Shown piece after piece: positions 24,841-32,000 of a stretch of 32,000 bases of DNA. Source of the DNA: an archaeon (GTDB lineage: Archaea; Iainarchaeota; Iainarchaeia; Iainarchaeales; CSSED10-239); contig DAOPNM010000002.1 of assembly GCA_035357435.1 (NCBI GenBank), positions 1 through 32,000 on the forward strand, read 5' to 3'. Positions within the stretch are counted from its first letter, which is position 1. Each line of letters begins with the position of its first letter. A program made the position numbers and the translations under genes. The notes beneath the pieces are model-generated. The model was given only the letters and a program-made list of their open reading frames with translations. It had not been told where the DNA came from and searched no databases.

Positions 24841-25296
24841 ATGAAAACAAAAATGAAAACAAAGGCACAAGTTTCATTAGAAGGAATCATTGTAATAATT
24901 TTTCTTATAATATTCATTATATTATTTGAAAATTTAGCACAAAACACTGTTCAAACGATAGAAATAAGTAAAATAAAACAACAACAACAAGAAATAAATC
25001 TTTCATTATTGGAATTTATAAAATATCAAGATCAACAAATAACAAGCAACAAATTTAACATACTTGACTGGAACTCTTCATATAATATTCCAAACATAAC
25101 AATACCAAGTAAAAAAATTGATTGTAATGTATCTATATCTCAAAACAAAATTGAAAGCTCTACATTGTATAACGGTGTGCCTATAATTACTACAACGAGC
25201 ACCTTCATATCAAATCAAATTGAATTACCAATTGTTGCATATTGCGGACAAACATTAAACTGTTTTCTAAATGGAAACAAATTAAAATGTGAATAA
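24841..25296 (+). CDS. Class III signal peptide (type IV pilin-like) protein 1
   Basis: KTKAQVSLEGIIVIIFLIIFIILF signature. It has 4 Cys and several N-x-S/T sequons. The first 24 nt are a 12-nt tandem duplication (ATGAAAACAAAA/ATGAAAACAAAG). Confidence 0.65.
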   Translation: MKTKMKTKAQVSLEGIIVIIFLIIFIILFENLAQNTVQTIEISKIKQQQQEINLSLLEFIKYQDQQITSNKFNILDWNSSYNIPNITIPSKKIDCNVSISQNKIESSTLYNGVPIITTTSTFISNQIELPIVAYCGQTLNCFLNGNKLKCE

Positions 25297-25300
25297 AAAA

Positions 25301-25807
25301 ATGGGAAAAGATAAAGGGCAAGTAATGGTTTTAGATATTTTATTTAGTATAACTTTGTTAATATTAATGATATTTCTTTTATCAAAAATAACAGAATTAC
25401 AAATAGACAAAGAAAATACAGAAAAAGAGATTTATAAATTAAACAAAATAGGGAATATAGTATATAACAAACTAACAAATAACCAAGAAATAAATTGTTA
25501 TACACATGACAATAATAATGATATACTTATACCAAACTGTTTCGGAAAAGATTCAATAATTACAAAGCAAGCATTAGGATTAACCTCTGATTACAATTGT
25601 AATTTCTCAATAACTAACTTTACTATTACAAACAACCAGTGTAACCAAACATACAATTTAAGTGATTTAAAGGCATATTATATAGTTGATATAAACGTTA
25701 TTGTAAACAATACAAGAGACCTAAATAAACAAACAGTTATGAACAATATATTAAATAAAACAAACGATTTAAATATAGAAACTGGAACAATAGTGATATG
25801 GAAATGA
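25301..25807 (+). CDS. Class III signal peptide (type IV pilin-like) protein 2
   Basis: MGKDKGQVMVLDILFSITLLILMIFLL signature. I prefer the ATG at 25301 over the track GTG at 25289. It has 4 Cys and at least 6 sequons (NFS, NFT, NQT, NLS, NNT, NKT). Confidence 0.65.
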   Translation: MGKDKGQVMVLDILFSITLLILMIFLLSKITELQIDKENTEKEIYKLNKIGNIVYNKLTNNQEINCYTHDNNNDILIPNCFGKDSIITKQALGLTSDYNCNFSITNFTITNNQCNQTYNLSDLKAYYIVDINVIVNNTRDLNKQTVMNNILNKTNDLNIETGTIVIWK

Positions 25808-26118
25808 AAAACACTATAGTAACAAAAAAAGGTTTTATTATATCAATTACAACAATATTATATGTTGCACTATTCCTTAGCTTCTTATTAATAATAATAA
25901 ATTTAACAGAAAAACCAATATTTATACCTGACCAACATGCATTAGAAACAAACACAATGTATAAATATATTGAAGGAGACACTAACCAAACAGGTTCTGG
26001 AGAATACTGGTGTGTTTTACATGTTGCAGCATATGATGCAAATGAAAGTTTGCAAACACAAAGTCAAATTAATCTAAAAACATATTGTGAGGAATATAAT
26101 GGAAAAAGGATTATTTAA
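25798..26118 (+). CDS. Class III signal peptide-like protein 3
   Basis: TKKGFIISITTILYVALFLSFLLIII signature. An alternative ATG at 25804 forms an ATGA overlap with the upstream stop. It has 2 Cys. Confidence 0.55.
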   Translation: MEMKNTIVTKKGFIISITTILYVALFLSFLLIIINLTEKPIFIPDQHALETNTMYKYIEGDTNQTGSGEYWCVLHVAAYDANESLQTQSQINLKTYCEEYNGKRII

Positions 26119-26587
26119 TTCAATATTTTTATTGATAATGCTTGCATTAATGGCACCAACAATCTCATTATTAAATGTAAATCAAAATATTATAGATACC
26201 TCTAAACAAATAAATGAAATTGCCCTTACTTTAGATTCAGTAATTGCAGATGGAATAAGCGATGCAGTAAAGATAGATAATTGTACTATTAATGATACAA
26301 ACATAACCGCCAAAATAAACACATATATTGCAAACATAGAAAATGAAAGAAAAAAATATTCATCAATAATATGTACATATGAACTAAATGGCTCAACATC
26401 TACAAACAATTATATTGGATACATCAATCTTGCTTGTAATTCACAAAACTCAATAACAAAAATAAATATTAAAAAAAAATTATATTTTAACAAAAAGATA
26501 ACAACAATTCCATCAGGAACATTATGTTATGTAAAAGTTGAAGATAATTTAGATTCAGGATACATACAAGTAGACCTAAACCAATAA
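26099..26587 (+). CDS. Class III signal peptide-like protein 4
   Basis: MEKGLFNSIFLLIMLALMAPTISLL signature. I prefer the ATG at 26099 (the track start at 26087 is a GTG). It overlaps the upstream gene by 20 nt, and has 4 Cys and several sequons. Confidence 0.55.
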   Translation: MEKGLFNSIFLLIMLALMAPTISLLNVNQNIIDTSKQINEIALTLDSVIADGISDAVKIDNCTINDTNITAKINTYIANIENERKKYSSIICTYELNGSTSTNNYIGYINLACNSQNSITKINIKKKLYFNKKITTIPSGTLCYVKVEDNLDSGYIQVDLNQ

Positions 26588-26601
26588 ATAATCATTAAAA
26601 A

Positions 26602-28389
26602 CTAAATTGTGAAATAATACTTCCCTTGTACCCTTTGTTCTTGATCTTTTTGAGAACCTATTTTGTTTGCTCTTGGGCGTTTTGTATATTGATCTTGCCT
26701 AAATGTCATATTTTGTTCTTTCAAAAAATCATTAAAACCATTTTCTATAGAATCAATTTTATTTGCAAAACCTTGTTTACCCGGTTCTCCTTTAAACAAA
26801 AGAATTCTATCAGAAACATAATTTACAAACAAAAGATCATGATCAACAATAAATGCAGGAACTCCTTTCACAGAAACAATTGTTTTAATAATATTTGCTA
26901 AAAGCAACCTTTGCTCAATATCTAAAAATGCAGATGGTTCATCTATTAAAAAAATATCTACATTTTTTGAAAGTATATGGGCAATTGCAACTTTTTGAAG
27001 TTCACCACCAGATATTTCAGATATTTTTTTATCAAATATTTCTTCTAAACTTAATTGCTTCTTTATATATGTATTAAACACATCTGTATCTATGTCATTT
27101 CCAGAAAATAATTCAGAAACAAAAATATCTTGTGAATAATTAATGTATTGTGGTTTATAACCTACCTTTAAAGAAATATCTAAACTTAAGTTATCAGGGA
27201 AAATTTCGCCAGCTAACATTTTAATAAATGTTGATTTCCCAATTGCATTTGCACCCAAAATCCCAATAATTTCGCCTTTATTAATGGTGCCACCTTGGAC
27301 TTTTAGATTAAAAGAACCAATTGTTTTTTCTAAAAATGGATATGAAACCAATGGTGTTTTTGAAAGAAATTTATCAGTCTGAGGGTTAACAAAAGAAATC
27401 TCATAATTTCTTATTCTTATATTTTCTTCTTTAAGAAAACCTTCTAAAAACTGGTTAACACCTAACTTTGTTGTTTTTCTATTTGATGAAACACCATATG
27501 CTTGCTTTTTACCAAATAAAATATAAACATAATCGCTTATGTAATCTAATAGTGCTAAATCATGCTCAATAAATAAAATAGAATTGTTCGGATTAACCTT
27601 TTCTCTTAACAAGTTTGCTATCTTAAACCTTTGCTTAATATCTAAAAATGTAGAAAACTCATCAAAAAAATAAAGGTTTGCATCTTTAAGAAGAGTTGCA
27701 CCGATTGCAACTCTTTGAAGTTCTCCACCACTTACTTCTGAGGGTGTTTTATACAAAATATCTTTCAAATCTAATTCAGAAACAATTTTTTCCAAATCCT
27801 GTTTTGAAGAATTAACTTTAGATAACAAATCAATAATTTTATCATGAAAAACTAAAGGAATATCTTCAATCTTTTGTACTTTATATGCTATATTTACAGA
27901 CTTATTTTTTAAATCAATAAAATGTTTTTGAAGTTCCTTTCCTCTAAAATATTCAATAACTTTATCAATATCTCCTTTTTCATTATAGTTTCCTAAATTA
28001 GGAACAAGTACACCAGAAAGAATGTTTAATGAAGTAGATTTACCTGCACCATTTTGACCAATAATCCCTGTAATTACACCTTTTTCCAGAAAAGGAATTG
28101 AATATAATCTAAATGAATTCTTTCCATATTGATGAAGAGGAGAACCCATTTTAATACCAGTATTTATTATATTAATTGCTTTAAATGGACATTTATTTGG
28201 GCAAATCCCACAACCAGTACATAATTCTTCATTTATAATTGGAGGAACATTCTCTTTAACAACAACAATTGCATCTTGCCCCATTCTTACAACAGGACAT
28301 GATCTTTGACATAAAAAATTACAGGATTTAGGTTGACATTTATCTTTATCAATAATTGCAATACGTGTATATTCAGGCATAAAAATCAT
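26602..28389 (-). CDS. abce1: ABCE1 / RNase L inhibitor-type ribosome recycling ATPase
   Basis: N-terminal 4Fe-4S motifs CQPKSCNFLCQRSCP and CTGCGICPNKCP. Two ABC cassettes follow (GQNGAGKST ... SGGELQRVAI; GANAIGKST ... SGGELQKVAI). Confidence 0.95.
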   Translation of the reverse strand: MIFMPEYTRIAIIDKDKCQPKSCNFLCQRSCPVVRMGQDAIVVVKENVPPIINEELCTGCGICPNKCPFKAINIINTGIKMGSPLHQYGKNSFRLYSIPFLEKGVITGIIGQNGAGKSTSLNILSGVLVPNLGNYNEKGDIDKVIEYFRGKELQKHFIDLKNKSVNIAYKVQKIEDIPLVFHDKIIDLLSKVNSSKQDLEKIVSELDLKDILYKTPSEVSGGELQRVAIGATLLKDANLYFFDEFSTFLDIKQRFKIANLLREKVNPNNSILFIEHDLALLDYISDYVYILFGKKQAYGVSSNRKTTKLGVNQFLEGFLKEENIRIRNYEISFVNPQTDKFLSKTPLVSYPFLEKTIGSFNLKVQGGTINKGEIIGILGANAIGKSTFIKMLAGEIFPDNLSLDISLKVGYKPQYINYSQDIFVSELFSGNDIDTDVFNTYIKKQLSLEEIFDKKISEISGGELQKVAIAHILSKNVDIFLIDEPSAFLDIEQRLLLANIIKTIVSVKGVPAFIVDHDLLFVNYVSDRILLFKGEPGKQGFANKIDSIENGFNDFLKEQNMTFRQDQYTKRPRANKIGSQKDQEQRVQGKYYFTI

Positions 28390-28400
28390 TCTTTTAAAAA

Positions 28401-29642
28401 CTATTTCATCAAAGCATTATATTCTTTCTCAGAAATATTTGCACCTAAAAACTTAATTTCTTCATAATTAAGTCTAAAATAATAAATTAAATCTGCTGTA
28501 TATTTATTTGATCTTGCAATAATCTCTAAAAAAGGAAGATGGTATTTCTGAATTATGTGCTTGGAACAATAATACCTCTCTCTTACTTTATCTACAACTT
28601 TTGCTTTCAAATCTCTTTCCTTTTTATTTCCACTCATTGTTTTTAAATATGTTGGGAAAACAAATGGTTTATATCCTATATTTTTTTCTGGAAATTCTTT
28701 TGAATAAGCAATACCTATTGTTAAATAGTCTAAAATATATTTTAAAAGAGTCCAATTTTGAGAATAAATTCTACCTAAATAAATATCTGCTTTACTTAAC
28801 TTTTGTAATGCATTATTAAGATTATGTGGTTCTTTATACTGCCTTGGTATATTCTCTTCAACCCAAGACATCAACATCTTCCAATCAACATCCATTGAAT
28901 CAACTACACTTTTTGTTTCATAAAAATCTTTTGCATAAAAAATTTTTTGCATAATCTTAAAGATGTCTTCATCTTTTTGTCTTTCACCTAAATTTTCTAC
29001 ATCTTCTAATGTTATTTTTTTAGATAGACTGAGAGTGCCTAAATCAATCAACAATGCCCTAACATCATTTTTTGCTTTCTCAACCAAAAGGTCAATTGCA
29101 GGCAAATCATAATCTATATCTTCTTTATCACAAACTTCTTTTGCAAACTTCTTTAATAACAACTTGTTTGGAAGACTAAACTTAACTTGTTCACACTTAA
29201 TAAACAAAGATTGTAACTTTTTATCTGCATAAGGATTATTTGCAATCAAAATAATAGGTTGTTTTGTTTTATCTAAAATCTTACTTAATTCTGATAAACA
29301 ACCATAATCTTCAGATCCTCTTTTATCCGAAATTGCATCAATCTCATCTATAATAATTACTCTTGTTTTCCCAAACAATGTCTTAGATGTACTTGCAATC
29401 AGAATAAGCTGAGCCATCATATCTTTACCTCTATCATCAGATGCATCTGTAAAATACATTTCCCAGCCCATTTCTTTAGAAAGAAGAGTTGCAGCCAATG
29501 TTTTACCTATACCTGGTTCACCAAAAATAAATAATGGTTTCTTATGATCTTTTGCCCACATTTTTATTTGTAAAATCTCTTTTTTATGGCCTATTATTTC
29601 ATCCAAACTTTTTGGAGTATACTTGTTTATAAAATTTTGCAT
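28401..29642 (-). CDS. rfcL: Replication factor C large subunit
   Basis: KYTPKSLDEIIGHKK..., Walker A GEPGIGKT, TDASDDRG (the large-subunit NASD-type motif) and Walker B IIIDEID. Confidence 0.9.
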   Translation of the reverse strand: MQNFINKYTPKSLDEIIGHKKEILQIKMWAKDHKKPLFIFGEPGIGKTLAATLLSKEMGWEMYFTDASDDRGKDMMAQLILIASTSKTLFGKTRVIIIDEIDAISDKRGSEDYGCLSELSKILDKTKQPIILIANNPYADKKLQSLFIKCEQVKFSLPNKLLLKKFAKEVCDKEDIDYDLPAIDLLVEKAKNDVRALLIDLGTLSLSKKITLEDVENLGERQKDEDIFKIMQKIFYAKDFYETKSVVDSMDVDWKMLMSWVEENIPRQYKEPHNLNNALQKLSKADIYLGRIYSQNWTLLKYILDYLTIGIAYSKEFPEKNIGYKPFVFPTYLKTMSGNKKERDLKAKVVDKVRERYYCSKHIIQKYHLPFLEIIARSNKYTADLIYYFRLNYEEIKFLGANISEKEYNALMK

Positions 29643-29706
29643 ATATGTTATTTATGTGTAACAATATTTAAAAATAAATCATTAGAATAATAATATGTGA
29701 TAACAC

Positions 29707-30426
29707 ATGATAACTGTAAAACAAACAAACAACTTCAAAAAAAGTTTAGAAATAATTTCTTCTCTTATTCAAGAAACAAACATTAGATTTAAAGAAGATG
29801 GAATATACATACAAGCAATAGATAAAACACAAGTATTACTGATTGACTTCAAAATGTCTAAATCTGTTTTTGAAACATATAATGTAGAACCAAACTATAT
29901 TGGTGTAAATTTACTAGAAATCTATAATATAATTGCAAGATCTTTTGAAAAAGACAAAATACAAATAGATCTAAAAGAAAATTTTTTAGAAATACAACTA
30001 AATGGGCAAATACAGAGAAAATTTAATATTTCATATATTGAAACAGGAAAAGATGTTGTATCTATTCCTGATATAAAATTTGATGTTATATTTAACATAA
30101 ATGCACATTTATTAAAAGAAATACTAAAAGATGCAAGTTTAATTGGAAATACAATAATATTCAAAATACAAAATCAAAAATTAATAATAGAAACACAAGG
30201 CGAAAAAGGGAAAATAGAAACAACAATACCTAAAATTAAAATAAAATCAAAGAAAGATAGTGTTATTTCTAAATATTCATTAACATATTTAAAAAATATA
30301 ACAAAATCAATGGATGGAGAAAACGATATTGTCATAAAACTCAGTGAAGATTCACCATTATTATTTGAATATAATTTGTCAACAGATATAAAAATAGAAC
30401 TATATTTAAGTTCAATGTTAATTTAG
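29707..30426 (+). CDS. pcn: DNA polymerase sliding clamp PCNA
   Basis: 239 aa. FKKSLEIISSLIQETNIRFKEDGIYIQAIDKTQVLLIDFKMSKSVFETY is the typical archaeal PCNA N-terminal domain. It is divergent from rfcL. Confidence 0.9.
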   Translation: MITVKQTNNFKKSLEIISSLIQETNIRFKEDGIYIQAIDKTQVLLIDFKMSKSVFETYNVEPNYIGVNLLEIYNIIARSFEKDKIQIDLKENFLEIQLNGQIQRKFNISYIETGKDVVSIPDIKFDVIFNINAHLLKEILKDASLIGNTIIFKIQNQKLIIETQGEKGKIETTIPKIKIKSKKDSVISKYSLTYLKNITKSMDGENDIVIKLSEDSPLLFEYNLSTDIKIELYLSSMLI

Positions 30427-30442
30427 GAAAAAATAAAAAAAA

Positions 30443-32000
30443 CTAAATAGAAGGCTTTAAAGAAATACCATTCAAATGTTTAACCCTCTTTAAAAGATCT
30501 TCTTTTTTCTTACAATCTTTTAAAGCTATATGTAAAACATCCCAAATTGTTTTAACTGGAATAATCTCTATCTTCCTTGCTACTTCTTCATGTAAAACAA
30601 CATCTTCTAAATTAGAAGCAGGAATAATAACTTGCTTAATCTTTGCATCAACTGCAGCATTTATCTTTCCAGTAACACCACCTATTGGAAGAACCTCTCC
30701 TCTTACAGATAAAGAACCAGTCATTGCAAGATCTTGATTAATTGGAATACCTTCCAAAACAGAAATAACTGCAGTAGCAACAGAAATAGATGCAGAATCA
30801 CCTTCTACATCATAGGTTTGTAAAAATTGGATATGAATATCATAATTTGCTATATCTTTACCTGTTAACTTCTTAAAAATTGCAGAAACATTTGAAACAG
30901 ATTCTTTTGCAATTGTTCCTAATTTTCCAGTAGCAACAACTCTTCCATGTGTTCTTGATTGTGCAGGAGTTATTTCACATTCAATTGGAAGAACTACACC
31001 TGCCATGCTCTCTCCAACAACAGCAAGACCATTAACTCTTCCTTTCTCATAACCTTTTGTTTTATAAATATCATAATCTTTTTTAAAATCCATTAACTTC
31101 TTAACCATTTGTTCTTCTAAAGTTGCAGAAATCTTTTTAGCTTCAATAACTTCTTTTTTTGTAACATAAGATAAACCTTTTTCAATAGCAACATCCCCAG
31201 CAGCTCTTATTAAACCACCTAACTCTCTTAACTTTAAAGATAAATGATTCTTTCTTGTTGCCATCATTCTTGCTTCAAAAATAATTTCATCAACAGCCTC
31301 TTTCTTAAATGGAGGTATCTTTTTGTCTTTTGCAATTTCTTGAGCAACAAACTGTACATATTTATTTCTGTTTTCAACAGTATTTGGAACATCTAAATTC
31401 ATATGACATTCATAACCAGAACCTCTGATTCTAGATCTTATTGCAGGATGTACTCTTTCTAAATCTTTATAATTACCTGCTGCTACTAAAATAAAATCAC
31501 AAGGCGCTGGTGTTGTTCTTACATTTGCACCACTTGATCTTTCACTTTGACCTGTTATGCTATATTTCTTCTCTTGAATAATAGTTAATAACTCCTGTTG
31601 AGATTCAGGAGACAATGTTGCAATCTCGTCAATAAATAAAACACCACCATTTGCTTTATGGATCATTCCTGGAATAACTCTTTCATGTGCAGGAGTGCCT
31701 AAACCACCTGTTTGTAAAGGATCATGCAAAACATCACCTAACAATGCACCTGCTCTTGCACCAGTGGCATCTATAAAAGGAACTTGCTTTTTGTTGGAAT
31801 TGTCAACTAAAACTTTAGGGATACCTAACTTTTCTTTTTTAATCATTTGAGTACTAAGAGAAAAACCCATAGTTAAAAAACCAGATAACAAAAGAAGAGC
31901 TGCAAAAATAACGTCTGAAACAATTTTTGCTTGCCATAAATATATAGAAAAAATAAGCCAAAATAGAGGAAAAATAAAACCTAAAATTTTTATTGTACTT
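30443..32000 (-). CDS. lonB: Archaeal membrane-bound Lon protease LonB; the N-terminus lies beyond the window
   Basis: I checked that the reading frame stays open upstream of the track start (a TTG at 31891) to position 31999. That stretch encodes the TM insertion (...[18 protein letters not shown]...). The rest carries the AAA+ sensor regions and the LonB protease motif [20 protein letters not shown]. Confidence 0.9.
   Translation of the reverse strand, partial: STIKILGFIFPLFWLIFSIYLWQAKIVSDVIFAALLLLSGFLTMGFSLSTQMIKKEKLGIPKVLVDNSNKKQVPFIDATGARAGALLGDVLHDPLQTGGLGTPAHERVIPGMIHKANGGVLFIDEIATLSPESQQELLTIIQEKKYSITGQSERSSGANVRTTPAPCDFILVAAGNYKDLERVHPAIRSRIRGSGYECHMNLDVPNTVENRNKYVQFVAQEIAKDKKIPPFKKEAVDEIIFEARMMATRKNHLSLKLRELGGLIRAAGDVAIEKGLSYVTKKEVIEAKKISATLEEQMVKKLMDFKKDYDIYKTKGYEKGRVNGLAVVGESMAGVVLPIECEITPAQSRTHGRVVATGKLGTIAKESVSNVSAIFKKLTGKDIANYDIHIQFLQTYDVEGDSASISVATAVISVLEGIPINQDLAMTGSLSVRGEVLPIGGVTGKINAAVDAKIKQVIIPASNLEDVVLHEEVARKIEIIPVKTIWDVLHIALKDCKKKEDLLKRVKHLNGISLKPSI

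Noticed and set aside
26465-26480. Homopolymeric A/T runs (for example A9 inside pilin-like gene 4) considered as phase-variation switches.
   Set aside because: Runs of 7-10 A or T occur throughout the housekeeping genes of this AT-rich window, so there is no specific enrichment in the surface genes that I can demonstrate by eye.
29643-29706. The divergent rfcL-pcn spacer considered as a replication origin (short inverted repeat TGTTA...TAACA).
   Set aside because: It is only 64 nt, with no ORB-like repeats, no orc1/cdc6 gene nearby and no extended AT-rich unwinding element beyond the genomic background. It is most simply a bidirectional promoter.
2903-30164. Many short ORFs in the track lie antisense to or inside strong genes: 2903-3085, 5305-5550, 5357-5698, 6165-6401, 6686-6904, 7150-7491, 13279-13551, 17464-17697, 19148-19432, 20051-20323 and 20199-20465. 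The same applies to 21769-21960, 22122-22331, 22635-22823, 24593-24844, 25737-25982, 26182-26409, 26626-26901, 26895-27077, 28601-28819 and 29922-30164.
   Set aside because: Each overlaps a longer ORF with clear family motifs on the other strand or in another frame. Their F/L/I/S-rich composition is what is expected from reading A-rich coding DNA in antisense.
1-32000. Alternative genetic code or stop-codon recoding, inteins, CRISPR arrays, transposases and integrases.
   Set aside because: All conserved genes are full-length and uninterrupted under the standard code, with TAA, TAG and TGA all used as stops. aIF5B, RFC, PCNA and the PolB-like ORF show no intein-sized insertions. No spacer-separated repeats or recombinase-like ORFs were seen.

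Overview
Very AT-rich, tightly packed archaeal chromosome segment. By eye it has small intergenic gaps, many 1-20 nt gene overlaps, GGTGA-type Shine-Dalgarno sites and lysine-rich protein tails. The gene content and style suggest a small-genome, DPANN-like archaeon, but that is inference only. Most of the window is conserved information-processing synteny. One block is L7Ae-S28e-L24e-aIF5B-S6e-aIF2gamma-PIN-Rpo7-Spt4-S24e-S27ae. A second is L21e-Rpo4-DUF655-KsgA. Also present are TBP with a stand-alone 5S rRNA, tRNA-Asn, Trm5, ABCE1, RFC large subunit, PCNA and membrane LonB. The accessory or unusual content is as follows. (1) A 483-aa ORF looks like a drastically shortened family-B DNA polymerase that has lost the exonuclease, finger and motif-C regions. 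(2) In a ScpA/ScpB (kleisin) operon the two scp genes are separated by two tandem class-III-signal-peptide (pilin-like) mini-proteins. The operon is led by an unknown coiled-coil protein, and no SMC gene is in the window. (3) An AglB-AglH N-glycosylation pair is followed directly by a four-gene operon of sequon-rich, cysteine-paired pilin-like proteins. No pilus ATPase, platform or prepilin peptidase is in view. (4) A secreted S16 (Lon-type) protease carries a large ectodomain and a SHOCT-like cytoplasmic tail. (5) An 18-nt GC-containing motif, GTGTCCAAGAnnTAATGC, is shared by two of the longest intergenic spacers. (6) Several ribosomal or transcription proteins have odd features: a tandem-repeat tail on L7Ae, a cysteine-free L24e, and nucleotide-identical segments in the two TBP halves. 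No CRISPR array, transposase or integrase was seen. All homology statements come from reading the translations by eye and from memory of family motifs. None has been verified by a search.
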